This document shows positions 18,953 through 29,117 of a stretch of DNA of 64,000 nucleotides, in pieces; the stretch's first letter is position 1, and each line of letters starts with the position of its first letter. The notes beneath the pieces were generated by a model. That model was not told the origin of the DNA, made no database searches, and was given only the letters and a program-made list of their open reading frames with translations. This stretch comes from an uncultured bacterium (GTDB lineage: Bacteria > Babelota > Babeliae > Babelales > JACPOV01), in assembly GCA_963744715.1 (NCBI GenBank), contig CAVUUR010000007.1, forward strand, positions 96,001 through 160,000. The letters are read 5' to 3'. The translations under genes and the position numbers were made by a program.

Positions 18953-21481
18953 TCATCTGCTATTCTGTGCTTCATTATTGCGATATTTGTAATAGAGGCA
19001 TTTAATGGTTTCCGATGTAACAAAATAGCAAACAACTAAGAAAAAAATAAAATAGAGATGTGCAAGAGGCATAGGAGTAAAGGTAAAAATTCTTTGCGCC
19101 CACTCGATATAAGGCAATATAACAGCCAATAAAGCCATACCCAATGAAAGCATTATCATTACATACGATGGCCTTGGAGCTTTAAAAAAAAGACCTTTTG
19201 TGCGTATCGAAAAAATAAAAGCTAACCCACACAAAACACTAAACGTAAACCAGCCCGTTTGCACCATATTAGGAATATTTTTTTTAAAAAATCCAAAGTA
19301 GATACTATCAAACACCGTACAAACAGTTCCTAATATTGTCGCAATGATAATAATATCACGTACATTCATTACGGTTCGATGTTTGACTTCTCGTGTACTA
19401 ACGGTATCGAGTGAAATAGAAATCATCGGCAAATCAGTTAATATATTTGCTAACAATAAATGAATCGGCAACATCGGCAAATAATCAATTATTAATGAGA
19501 TCAGTGCAACTGAATAAAAATTACCAAACGTTGTTGAGATCGTAGTTCTTAAATATTTGAAGGTGTTAATAAGAATAATACGGCCCTCTTCAATACCATT
19601 CACGATAACGAGCAAACTTTTTTTGAGTAAAATAATATCAGCAGTTTCACGTGCAATATCAACAGCATCCTGCACGGCTAAGGAAACATCCGCTATTTTT
19701 AAAGCAGGAGCATCATTAATACCATCACCCATATAACCAACTTCATGATTATGCTGTAACAATTGAATAATTTCGTATTTTTGCTCTGGCAACACGCGTG
19801 CAAAAACGCTGTACTGCTCAACTAATTTTCTTTTTTCATGCATGCTTTTTTTAGAAAATTCAAATCCAGTTATTACCTCATTGCTATCTTCAATTAACCC
19901 AATATTATAGGCAACGGTGCCGCACACTTCTTTACTATCGCCACTTAATACTTTAATAATAATCCCTAGTTTTTTGGCCTTTTGCACCGCTTCAATCGCC
20001 GTAGGCTTTAACGGATCAACAAATGAAATAAAACCTAAAAACGTTAAATTCTTTTCTTCATCAAGTATAGAACTATTTCCAGGAATAGTTCTATGTGCAA
20101 TGGCAAGAACACGGTTACCTTTTTGCCCTTCTTGATTAAGATAACGCTCAACCATATGATGATTTGAAATAGTACATAAAGAAATTACTTCTTCAGGCAT
20201 TCCCCGCACAACCAGTTCATAACTATGATTTTTTTTCACAACGACAGAATTTTTTTTGCGTAATGGATCAAAAGGAAGTTCTGTAACTCGTGTATATGAT
20301 ACTATTTTTTTTTGTTGTTCTTCGGTTAAATAATTCCATAAAACATGATCAAATCCTTTGGTTTGTTGTGGCAAAAAATCCCATGATGATTCTGCTCCTA
20401 ATGTCGCATAAAAAACGGTTTTTTCAGGATTTTCACTTTCAACGTTTGCTATGGTTAACACATTCTCAGTTAAGGTACCCGTTTTATCGGTACATAATAT
20501 TTCAACGCTGCCTAAACTTTCTATTGCAGATAACCGTTTAACAATAACTTTTTTCTTGGCTAACCGAGAGACTCCTTGTGATAAACAAAAAGTAACTACA
20601 ACAGGGAGTGCTTCCGGAATAACCGTAATGGCTAACGCAGTAGAAAAAATAAATAAGCTAATAACATCAATTTTTCCTTGCTTAATCCATACATTACCAA
20701 TGAAGACAACTACCAAGGTTATGAGGATTAATTTAATAATAAACTTGCCCAGTTTACCTACATCTTTAGCAAAACTACTTTCACGCATCGTTGCTACGGT
20801 TAATGATGCAATTTCCCCCATAGCGGTATCTTTGCCGGTGGCAATGATGAGAGCTTGTGCCTTACCAGTAACAACGGTTGTACCAGCAAAACCTATATTG
20901 GAAGCTTCATACACGGTTAAATTTTTTTTTGACAATATAGTACTTATTTTTTTTACGGGTGCAGATTCACCCGTTAATATCGATTCATCTACCAATACAT
21001 TTTCTGTTTGGACAAACCTAACGTCGGCTGGAATTACCGTACCAGGTGTCAGCATAACAATATCACCAGGAACCAAATCATCATGCGAGATTTCTATCTC
21101 TTTACCATCACGAATCACACGTTCGACATGAATTAAATATTTTTTTAATAAATATAGCGATCGTTCTGCCCTATATTCTTGAAAAAATCCAAGACTTACA
21201 TTAACCAATAAACATAGAAAAATAACATAACCATTATAGTGCTCACCCGCTAACAATGAGACAATGGCGATTCCTAAAAAAATAAAAAAAAAGGGAGATT
21301 TTAACTGACGCCACAATACTACTAAGGCTGATGTTTTTTGCTCGCCAAGTTTATTTAATCCATATATTTTTTGACGATGTGCGACTTCTTTTGATGATAA
21401 CCCATCATATGATGAATCCAATTTTTTTAGCGCTTCATCAACGGAATTATTACTATATAAAAGAAATGTATTGTTACTCAT
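18953..21481 (-). CDS. P-type cation-transporting ATPase, MgtA-like
   Basis: LTGES, IPEALP, DKTGTLT, GDGINDAPALK; ~10 TM; Mg2+ specificity inferred. Confidence 0.88.
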   Translation of the reverse strand: MSNNTFLLYSNNSVDEALKKLDSSYDGLSSKEVAHRQKIYGLNKLGEQKTSALVVLWRQLKSPFFFIFLGIAIVSLLAGEHYNGYVIFLCLLVNVSLGFFQEYRAERSLYLLKKYLIHVERVIRDGKEIEISHDDLVPGDIVMLTPGTVIPADVRFVQTENVLVDESILTGESAPVKKISTILSKKNLTVYEASNIGFAGTTVVTGKAQALIIATGKDTAMGEIASLTVATMRESSFAKDVGKLGKFIIKLILITLVVVFIGNVWIKQGKIDVISLFIFSTALAITVIPEALPVVVTFCLSQGVSRLAKKKVIVKRLSAIESLGSVEILCTDKTGTLTENVLTIANVESENPEKTVFYATLGAESSWDFLPQQTKGFDHVLWNYLTEEQQKKIVSYTRVTELPFDPLRKKNSVVVKKNHSYELVVRGMPEEVISLCTISNHHMVERYLNQEGQKGNRVLAIAHRTIPGNSSILDEEKNLTFLGFISFVDPLKPTAIEAVQKAKKLGIIIKVLSGDSKEVCGTVAYNIGLIEDSNEVITGFEFSKKSMHEKRKLVEQYSVFARVLPEQKYEIIQLLQHNHEVGYMGDGINDAPALKIADVSLAVQDAVDIARETADIILLKKSLLVIVNGIEEGRIILINTFKYLRTTISTTFGNFYSVALISLIIDYLPMLPIHLLLANILTDLPMISISLDTVSTREVKHRTVMNVRDIIIIATILGTVCTVFDSIYFGFFKKNIPNMVQTGWFTFSVLCGLAFIFSIRTKGLFFKAPRPSYVMIMLSLGMALLAVILPYIEWAQRIFTFTPMPLAHLYFIFFLVVCYFVTSETIKCLYYKYRNNEAQNSR

Positions 21482-21608
21482 GCATCACCCTAAAATAAGG
21501 TAGAATTCAAAGTAACTATATCGGTTTATACTTCCATAAAGCAATAATAACCCAAATATATAGGAATTATTACATCAACGAAAAACCCGAGACCTATGAA
21601 ATTACAAA

Positions 21609-22166
21609 CTATGGTTTGCTATTCTGTGCCGCTTTCATCATTTTAACGAACTCTGAATAGGCCTTGAATTTCATCGCACAGCGGTAATTACCAACATCAT
21701 TAGTGCTCACTTGGGCATATGTTTGACAGGTTGTATGATCATCTGGATGTGAAAATCTTACACGTTCACGAGAATCTGGTAACTGACCAAACACTTTAAC
21801 AGAAACTTTAATTTCTGCAGAATCATCATTTTTGGAAATGCCTGGCGATTCGACAATACTAAAATCAGCAGCTATTGGGCCCTCTACAAGAGAAAAATTT
21901 TTCTTGTCATCGTTGTACCACGTAATATTGGTAGGCGATTTAAGGTTTTCATAGTACCTTATCCTAGCTTTTTTAGCAGCAGATGTATTGGGGAAAAGAA
22001 AAAAATATAACTGTTTCAGCTTTGAAACCTCATAAAATTTACCAGATGCGCATGCTGCATCCATTTTTTGCAATAAAAAATTAGTCAGCTCATCATTTGA
22101 TCTGACTATACAAAAATTAGACAGGATCAGTAGCGATGCTATTAGTATTATGTGTTGTTTTTTCAT
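21609..22166 (-). CDS. hypothetical exported protein
   Basis: 185-aa ORF with AGGA RBS and signal peptide. Confidence 0.7.
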   Translation of the reverse strand: MKKQHIILIASLLILSNFCIVRSNDELTNFLLQKMDAACASGKFYEVSKLKQLYFFLFPNTSAAKKARIRYYENLKSPTNITWYNDDKKNFSLVEGPIAADFSIVESPGISKNDDSAEIKVSVKVFGQLPDSRERVRFSHPDDHTTCQTYAQVSTNDVGNYRCAMKFKAYSEFVKMMKAAQNSKP

Positions 22167-22393
22167 ACATGGTTCCTATAATTAAAAAAATAAACCTAAA
22201 GTACTATATCAATAGTACCTTATAAATCACAAAATTTCAATCAGGATATTAAAATAAACGTTAACAAACGCCCTATTGTGAATAAATATAAATCCTTTCT
22301 ACGTATACCAAAATACCCTTTTGCACTATAATTTTTTACCTATATAATAGTAATAGTAATGTTTTTATATTGATCATCTTAATGGAGATTATT

Positions 22394-22771
22394 ATGAATC
22401 GTTTCTTAATCACAACATCAGCCCTTGCTCTGCTCACCTTACCAATCTATGGTACTCGCACAAACTCAATCGATCTGGATGTGCGTGAATTGATTTATAA
22501 TGCGCATAAAGCTAAAGCAGAGACTAACCGTTTGATTGAAACGTTGTATGTCTACAGCGAAAATAGAATAGTAAAACTAACAAAAACTAGACTCGTACTT
22601 TTTGGTGACAACGCAATGTCCTATGCATGCGCAATTACGTTTATTAAAAATCTTGAAATAGATGATGACCCGACTGCTCATACGTATGTGAAGTACAATG
22701 CATCACGAAAAGAACTTGAAGAATTATTTTACCTCGCTAGAAAATTTTACACAACGACCATTTCTATTTAA
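22394..22771 (+). CDS. hypothetical exported protein
   Basis: GGAG RBS before ATG 22394; signal peptide. Confidence 0.7.
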   Translation: MNRFLITTSALALLTLPIYGTRTNSIDLDVRELIYNAHKAKAETNRLIETLYVYSENRIVKLTKTRLVLFGDNAMSYACAITFIKNLEIDDDPTAHTYVKYNASRKELEELFYLARKFYTTTISI

Positions 22772-22795
22772 ATAATACTAAGATAAAGGAATTTT

Positions 22796-23221
22796 ATGGA
22801 TTTCACTTTTTTATCACAGATCAATTACCTAGCCGTAGCAGTATCATCAGTTATATTCTTTGTGCTTGGTTCTTTATGGTTTTCTGCATTATTTGGCTCT
22901 ATCTGGGCAGAAGAATTAGAACGCCATAATGTTGTTATAAAGCAGCCTACAAAAAACTCATTATTTATGAAGATGTTGTTAACCTTCGCTACCAATTGTA
23001 TAGCTTCTTTTGCAATGGCATGTTTAGTTGCTATGACCGGTTCAACAACCGTAATTTCCGGAATCATTCTTGGCATTATCGCAACGGTTGGTTTTGCTGC
23101 AACTACCCTTGCATCAGTTTTTAATTGGGAAAGCAGATCATTAAAACTCTTTTTAATTGATATTGGCTATCCTGCACTTGGTATTATTACAGCAGCCATT
23201 ATCCTTTCGGTATGGCACTAA
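22796..23221 (+). CDS. DUF1761-like four-TM membrane protein
   Basis: INYLAV..LGSLWFS.LFG..W and LFLIDIGY pattern. Confidence 0.8.
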   Translation: MDFTFLSQINYLAVAVSSVIFFVLGSLWFSALFGSIWAEELERHNVVIKQPTKNSLFMKMLLTFATNCIASFAMACLVAMTGSTTVISGIILGIIATVGFAATTLASVFNWESRSLKLFLIDIGYPALGIITAAIILSVWH

Positions 23222-23234
23222 TCACGCAAATCTG

Positions 23235-23270
23235 ATCAAGGAAAACATCTGTTATGATGTTTTCCTTGAT
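23235..23270 (+). terminator. hairpin/terminator
   Basis: 15-bp perfect inverted repeat ATCAAGGAAAACATC-tgttat-GATGTTTTCCTTGAT. Confidence 0.65.
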
Positions 23271-23386
23271 TGCATAACGCTCTCACTATCAAATACCCTC
23301 GTTTCAGCATAATACTTGATTTCATTAAACCACTTATCTATATACTGTAATTCATGTTTATTAACCGTATAACAAAGGGTAGGGTA

Positions 23387-23998
23387 ATGAATTATAAAAG
23401 GCTCTCGGCAGATTCTGCTGCAGTATTATTTATCGATCATCAAACAGGCTTAACGTCTTTAGTACAAGATTTTCAACCGTATGCATTTCATAATAGTGTT
23501 CTTGCTCTTGCTAATATAGCGAAATATTTTAAGCTTCCTGCAATTTTGACCACGAGCTTTGAAAACGGACCAAATGGCCCCATTATGCCTGAACTAAAAA
23601 CACTATTTCCTGACGCCCCCTTTATTCCTCGCCCTGGCCAAATTAATGCTTGGGATAATGATGATTTTGTACACGCGGTCAAAAAAACTAATAAGAAACA
23701 ACTCATTATTGCCGGCATCGTTACTGACGTTTGTGTTGCTTTTCCAAGCCTATCTGCAATAGAGGCCGGTTATGAAGTTTTTGTTGCCGTTGATGCTTCC
23801 GGAACACTCAATGAAGTAAATCGCTACAGCGCTTGGAATCGTATGGCGAATGCTGGAGCACAATTGATGAGTTGGTTTAGCATTGCGAGTGAATTACAAC
23901 GTGACTGGCGTAATGATCCTCAAGGTTTTGGCAATCTTATCAATCAACATCTTCCTCCCTATAAAAATTTGACTGATAGTTATAAAGCTAAAAAATGA
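23387..23998 (+). CDS. ycaC: isochorismatase-family cysteine hydrolase
   Basis: IDHQTGL, TTSFENGPNGP, RPGQINAWDN, VTDVCVAFP, ELQRDWR. Confidence 0.9.
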   Translation: MNYKRLSADSAAVLFIDHQTGLTSLVQDFQPYAFHNSVLALANIAKYFKLPAILTTSFENGPNGPIMPELKTLFPDAPFIPRPGQINAWDNDDFVHAVKKTNKKQLIIAGIVTDVCVAFPSLSAIEAGYEVFVAVDASGTLNEVNRYSAWNRMANAGAQLMSWFSIASELQRDWRNDPQGFGNLINQHLPPYKNLTDSYKAKK

Positions 23999-24089
23999 TC
24001 ATATTCTATTGAGAAAAGGTCAGTATTTTTATTACACTATTTGTAGTATAAAATTTTGGTAGAAAACAATAGCACCAGTAAAGGTTGTC

Positions 24090-24524
24090 GTGAAGAATGA
24101 TGTGCCTCTTAAAAATGGTATTGTTATTCCTGGTTATGAGTTTGAAATAACAACCAGCAGATCTGGCGGCGCCGGCGGTCAGCATGTTAATAAAACAAGC
24201 ACACGCATCACCATTCGTTGGAACGTTAATAAAACAACGGCATTAGATGAAGAAAGTAAAAAACGTATACTTGAAAAACTTCAAACAAAGTTGACCAGTG
24301 AAGGCGATCTAATTGTTCACAACAGCGCATCACGCAGCCAACAACAAAATAAGAAAATGGCATTTATGCAGCTTGCCAGAGAACTAAATAAAGCTCTTTA
24401 TATTCCTCAAGAACGAGTGGCAACCAAGGTAACAAAGGCTGCAAAAGAATCCCGTTTACAGAAAAAAACGCATCGAAGCGCTATAAAAAAAATGCGCATT
24501 AAAAAACATTACGCGGATGATTAA
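24090..24524 (+). CDS. arfB: alternative ribosome-rescue peptidyl-tRNA hydrolase
   Basis: RSGGAGGQHVNK, RSQQQN, basic C-terminal tail. Confidence 0.93.
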   Translation: MKNDVPLKNGIVIPGYEFEITTSRSGGAGGQHVNKTSTRITIRWNVNKTTALDEESKKRILEKLQTKLTSEGDLIVHNSASRSQQQNKKMAFMQLARELNKALYIPQERVATKVTKAAKESRLQKKTHRSAIKKMRIKKHYADD

Positions 24525-24527
24525 TTA

Positions 24528-24836
24528 TTATTTTGTAAGCCATTTTACAAAATCTTTACTAGAAACAATAGTTTTCACACCTCCTGCTACAAAACAGAAT
24601 GAGACGCAACTGCTTAAAAGATTCCCCGCACGCCCCGGACCTACTGCGAATCCCCTTAAACCTTTTTGGCAAAAATAAATACCCGTTGCTGCAGTGACAA
24701 ATCCTAATCCTGTAACCGCTAACACGCGTGGATCATTGTTGCTTGGTCCTAGCAAGGAGTCCGTGAAACTCCCCGCATGGATTATGCTGCTTGCGTATAA
24801 ACTCGATATTATCATTATTTTTTTTACGATATTCAT
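24528..24836 (-). CDS. hypothetical exported/membrane protein
   Basis: Signal peptide plus two hydrophobic stretches; translationally coupled to tsaC. Confidence 0.65.
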   Translation of the reverse strand: MNIVKKIMIISSLYASSIIHAGSFTDSLLGPSNNDPRVLAVTGLGFVTAATGIYFCQKGLRGFAVGPGRAGNLLSSCVSFCFVAGGVKTIVSSKDFVKWLTK

Positions 24837-25486
24837 ATATTTTTCTCACTATTAATTAATAACGTACCAGTTATTTTTTCTAATTTCTCAATAGAATAGG
24901 AACCTTTGCGAATAAGTTTAACCTTATTGCCTGAACAATCCAAAATTGTTGAAGCTTGCAATGATTGCTGTGCATCTTCACCATTGATGCAATATTCTAC
25001 CTGTTGCAAAATTTCTGGATTAACTTGTTCAAAGCCTAATGGAATAGGTTCTCCCGATTGGTTAGCACTTGTGGAAAATAGAGGTCCAACACGTTGCATA
25101 AGTTTTTGTAAGCCGCTATGATCGGGAACGCGTACGGCAATGGTATCATTAGACCCTTTCATATATACCGGAATATGCTTATTTGTTTTAAGAATGAGCG
25201 TCACCGGCCCAGGCCAACATTGGCGCATAATGTTTCTTATGTTTTCAGGTAGAAAATTTTTATCAATAAATTCAAAAATAAAGCTTTCTGACTGAAATAA
25301 TGCAATATAGGGCTTATCAACTCTTTTTTTTATGACATTTAGACGATTTAATCCTTCCTGGCAAATAATTGAAAATAATCCAAAAACAGTATCAGAACTG
25401 CCTATTGCAACGTTTCCACCCCTTAAATATTCTGCCAATGTATCAAGATCTTGATCGCAATTCCACCGTAGCCTTTTGTTATTCAT
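24833..25486 (-). CDS. tsaC: threonylcarbamoyl-AMP synthase (YrdC/Sua5 family)
   Basis: DTVFGL, IKKR..KP, WPGPVT, AVRVP, STSANQSG, STILD. Confidence 0.9.
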   Translation of the reverse strand: MNNKRLRWNCDQDLDTLAEYLRGGNVAIGSSDTVFGLFSIICQEGLNRLNVIKKRVDKPYIALFQSESFIFEFIDKNFLPENIRNIMRQCWPGPVTLILKTNKHIPVYMKGSNDTIAVRVPDHSGLQKLMQRVGPLFSTSANQSGEPIPLGFEQVNPEILQQVEYCINGEDAQQSLQASTILDCSGNKVKLIRKGSYSIEKLEKITGTLLINSEKNI

Positions 25487-25682
25487 TTTTAATCTTTTGT
25501 AAATAAACCTTTGGTTTTTAAACTATAATTCATTGTTTGACATTTTTAAAATATATAGTATCCTTTAAAATAAAGTGTGTAAATATAAACACAAAAGATT
25601 GTTGTGAAAAACAATGAGTCTCATTTATACAGTACTATCCCTGAAGGCTCAATAAGAAATAAACGAATTACATGGAGAACAT

Positions 25683-27113
25683 ATGATTAATCAAAACAAA
25701 CAAACCCAGCCACAACAAAAAACCGTTGTTCCGGGAAATCAAAGAAACTACAATGAAGTAGTTGAGTTTCTTGACGCACGTTGGCAGTTAAAACTTAATG
25801 ACAAGGAATTGCATAATATTAAAGCTTTGGATAAGGCCCTTGGCAACATTTCTAAGCAAATACCAACTATTTTAGTTGGTGGAACCAATGGAAAAGGTTT
25901 AACTATTAATTTTGCCGCTACTCTTCTCAAAGAAGAAGGCTTAAAAGTTGGTGCTTTATATTCTCCGCATATTCTTACGTACAACGAACGCTTAACCATC
26001 AATAATGAAACAATTTCTAATAAAGCGTTTACTGAAGTTGCTAATGAAGTAATTAATGTTGCCGAATCTAATAACATTAAAGCACATTCTCTTGAATTAT
26101 TAATTATGATGGGATTGCTCTATTTCAAACAAAGCGGTGCTGATCTTGCTATATTAGAAATAACTGATGGTACCGTATATGAACCTTTAGCTATTTTTAG
26201 CCCTAATATTATCGCGATAACTCGTGTTGTTGATAATAATACCGTAGTGCCAAACCCGGCTGTTATGGAAAAAACCATTAAAGAAATCCTTACTATAGCC
26301 AAAAAGAATACCTACGTTGTTTCTGCTGATCAAAGCAAGGCAAACTTGCAAATTATGCTTGAAGAAACAAAGAAACATGATGGTGTTTGGTCTATGCCAA
26401 TTCGTAAATTAGCACAATTAAGCTATCCTTTTGAGCAATTACACGGACGTTGTGCTGCACTTGCTGAACGAATTTGCCAAATTTATATCAATCATGTTGC
26501 TAATAAAAATGCGGTTGTAGTAGAACATAGTTTATTAGCAAAACAACCGGGAAAACGTGGTCGTCCAACGCTCAAACAAAAACAACAAGACGCCATGAAC
26601 CCTAAGAAAACCGTTGATCAATTTTGGAAAGAAATTACAACATCGTTGCCAGCGCATTTCCAAGTTCTTGATAAAGAAAAACCAACCATATTATTGGATA
26701 ATGCAAGCAATATCGATGCATTAGAAAATCTTCTTTTAGGGATTAGATTATTACATTATCGACGTCCATTAAAAGGATTGACCTTCATTTTTGGTTGCGA
26801 TAAAAATACTATAAATACTGAAGAATTTTTACGACTCCTTCGTTATTTTTCAAAGAAGAACTCAGGAAATATTATTTTCTGTCCTATTAACAATAATATT
26901 ACTGGCATCAAAACTGAATCATGGGATGTTGAACAAATTACCAATGATGTAAAAAGCTTGAAAATTAAAGCAAAATCAGCCAAAAACTTTGAAGATGCAT
27001 TTGACCAAGCTAAAAAATCAAATGTTGATGAACGTTATGGTTTGATTGTTATTTCAGGTTCAAAGTCAATTATTTCTGAATACTGGCATCTTAAAGGGAT
27101 AAAAAAACTATAA
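25683..27113 (+). CDS. divergent FolC/Mur-ligase-family protein
   Basis: GTNGKG P-loop and YSPHILTYNER retained; other FolC motifs degenerate. Confidence 0.75.
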   Translation: MINQNKQTQPQQKTVVPGNQRNYNEVVEFLDARWQLKLNDKELHNIKALDKALGNISKQIPTILVGGTNGKGLTINFAATLLKEEGLKVGALYSPHILTYNERLTINNETISNKAFTEVANEVINVAESNNIKAHSLELLIMMGLLYFKQSGADLAILEITDGTVYEPLAIFSPNIIAITRVVDNNTVVPNPAVMEKTIKEILTIAKKNTYVVSADQSKANLQIMLEETKKHDGVWSMPIRKLAQLSYPFEQLHGRCAALAERICQIYINHVANKNAVVVEHSLLAKQPGKRGRPTLKQKQQDAMNPKKTVDQFWKEITTSLPAHFQVLDKEKPTILLDNASNIDALENLLLGIRLLHYRRPLKGLTFIFGCDKNTINTEEFLRLLRYFSKKNSGNIIFCPINNNITGIKTESWDVEQITNDVKSLKIKAKSAKNFEDAFDQAKKSNVDERYGLIVISGSKSIISEYWHLKGIKKL

Positions 27114-27389
27114 TTGATTATGATTAGTTTTTTCTCTTTTGTTTTATCAGTATTAGTTGGTATTACAAGTGGTAGTATTTATGGGCTTTTGTTTTTGCGA
27201 ACAAAAGCCCTTCTCTTTTTAACGCAGAAATCATCAATATTTTTATCATACCTGATTCCGATAGTACGGTTTATAGTAATAAGTTGTTTTTTTCTCTATA
27301 TATTGCGAATCTCTTCTATTCATTCTATACTCGTACTAATAATCTTTTTAAGTACATTTTGGTTTATACTAATAAAAAAGGTCCTCTAA
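27114..27389 (+). CDS. small membrane protein, AtpI/AtpR-like
   Basis: Hydrophobic 91 aa, directly upstream of atpB. Confidence 0.55.
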   Translation: MIMISFFSFVLSVLVGITSGSIYGLLFLRTKALLFLTQKSSIFLSYLIPIVRFIVISCFFLYILRISSIHSILVLIIFLSTFWFILIKKVL

Positions 27390-27390
27390 C

Positions 27391-28131
27391 ATGAAATCTT
27401 TTGAGGGATTAGAACAAACTACCTGGAATCCCTTAAGTATTTTTGGACTGCATTATGAATTAGCAGAAATTAATATATCAACCATCATTAATACATGGGT
27501 AGTTCTAGGTATATTAATTACCTTATTAGTCCTGTGTCGAATCCTGATGCGCAACAGACGGGGGATTATCCACTATCTGGTAACGTCAAGTATCGTATCA
27601 TTTATGGATTTAGTAACACAGACCTTAGGATCTTTTATATATCCCTATTTCGCCTTAGTTCTTTCATTATTTATTTTTATTTTATTATGTAATTGGGCCA
27701 GCATCATTCCTTGGATGTCAGAACCAACTAAAGATCTTAATACAACCTTGGCGCTCGGACTAATCTCATTTTTTTATAAAGAAGTCGAAGGCATACGAGT
27801 ACGTGGATTTAAAAATTATTTAAAAGAATTTTTACAACCTTTTTTCATAATGTTTCCCGTTAACATTATTGGTCATTTCTCTAAAATAATTTCCATATCA
27901 TTTCGTTTATTTGGTAATATTTTTGGCGGATCAGTAATTATGGAACTGTATCAACATGCAATGGCCAGCTCTATACTGGCACAACTAGTAGGACTTTTTT
28001 CAGGAATTAATTTTCTTATTATTCTTTTTTTTGGTGTTTTTGAAGGCCTTATTCAAGCATTTGTTTTTGCTATGCTTACCTTAACCTATTTAACTATAGC
28101 TGTTTATGATGAACATGCAGGAGAACTATAG
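27391..28131 (+). CDS. atpB: ATP synthase F0 subunit a
   Basis: PTKDLNTTLAL, SISFRLFGNIFGG (essential Arg), IQAFVFAMLTLTY. Confidence 0.95.
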   Translation: MKSFEGLEQTTWNPLSIFGLHYELAEINISTIINTWVVLGILITLLVLCRILMRNRRGIIHYLVTSSIVSFMDLVTQTLGSFIYPYFALVLSLFIFILLCNWASIIPWMSEPTKDLNTTLALGLISFFYKEVEGIRVRGFKNYLKEFLQPFFIMFPVNIIGHFSKIISISFRLFGNIFGGSVIMELYQHAMASSILAQLVGLFSGINFLIILFFGVFEGLIQAFVFAMLTLTYLTIAVYDEHAGEL

Positions 28132-28133
28132 CA

Positions 28134-29090
28134 ATGACTGAATATATACATCTTTTTAATTATATCAGTATTGCCGGCATCGTAGGATGTACCACACTGG
28201 GCGTTGGCATAGGCAGTGGAAAATCAAGTTTTGCTGCATTACAAGCAATGAATATACAACCAAGTGCAAAACAAGAAATAACAAAAGCTACCATTATTGG
28301 ATTAGCATTAATTGAAACCGCAGCAATATTAGCATTGATCATTATTTTTTTAATATTTCCTTGGCAAGTTTCTTCTAATGAATATCAAGCACTTGCTAAA
28401 GTTGGCATAGCCTGTGCAATAGGCATAACAGGATTCATGTCGGGATTAGTTTCGGCGTATCCTCTTTCACAAGCATGTTACGCATTAGCACGCCAACCAT
28501 TTTTTAGTCAAAAAATTATAAATTTAATGCTCATAACGCAATCAATTATACAAACACCCCTCATCTTTGGATTTCTTGTTTCTCTGGCCATTATAGGGCA
28601 ATTAGAATCTATCAACACACTTACACAAAGCCTTATGGTTATTGCCAGCGGCCTTGCCATAGGAGTTGGTTCAATAGGCCCGATTATTGGGTTAGCAAAA
28701 TTTGCCCAAACCGCATGCCAAAGTATTAGTATTAATAAAAAAGCATATAATCAACTTATACCATTTACCTTTATGAGCCAGGCAATCATAGAAACACCTA
28801 TTATTTTTGCCTTACTTATTTCTCTCATTATAATAGGAAGTTTACATCGCACTAATATAACATTATTAACGGCTGTTCAGGCATTAGCAGCATCGCTATG
28901 CATAGGAATTGGCACTATTTCTCCGGGATTAAGCTCAAGCAAGACCGCCTCAAATGCTTGCAAACAAATCGCCCTTAATCCGCAACACTACAGAAAAATT
29001 TCTCAGATAAGTCTCTTTGGACAAGGCCTTATTGATGCTGCCGCTGTGTATGCTTTACTCATTTCACTTTTTATAGTATTGCTTAAATAA
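28134..29090 (+). CDS. atpE: ATP synthase F0 subunit c, four fused hairpin repeats
   Basis: Four Gly-rich helix/loop/helix units; ion-site positions IETAAI, IQTPLI, IETPII, IDAAAV; follows atpB. Confidence 0.85.
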   Translation: MTEYIHLFNYISIAGIVGCTTLGVGIGSGKSSFAALQAMNIQPSAKQEITKATIIGLALIETAAILALIIIFLIFPWQVSSNEYQALAKVGIACAIGITGFMSGLVSAYPLSQACYALARQPFFSQKIINLMLITQSIIQTPLIFGFLVSLAIIGQLESINTLTQSLMVIASGLAIGVGSIGPIIGLAKFAQTACQSISINKKAYNQLIPFTFMSQAIIETPIIFALLISLIIIGSLHRTNITLLTAVQALAASLCIGIGTISPGLSSSKTASNACKQIALNPQHYRKISQISLFGQGLIDAAAVYALLISLFIVLLK

Positions 29091-29117
29091 AATACTGATT
29101 CCCTAAAAGAGTGGTAT

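Noticed and set aside
20451..21131. 226-aa antisense ORF, and similar shorter ones inside rtcB, mreB, the FolC-like gene and lon
   Set aside because: Fully antisense to well-conserved genes, with no recognisable motifs.
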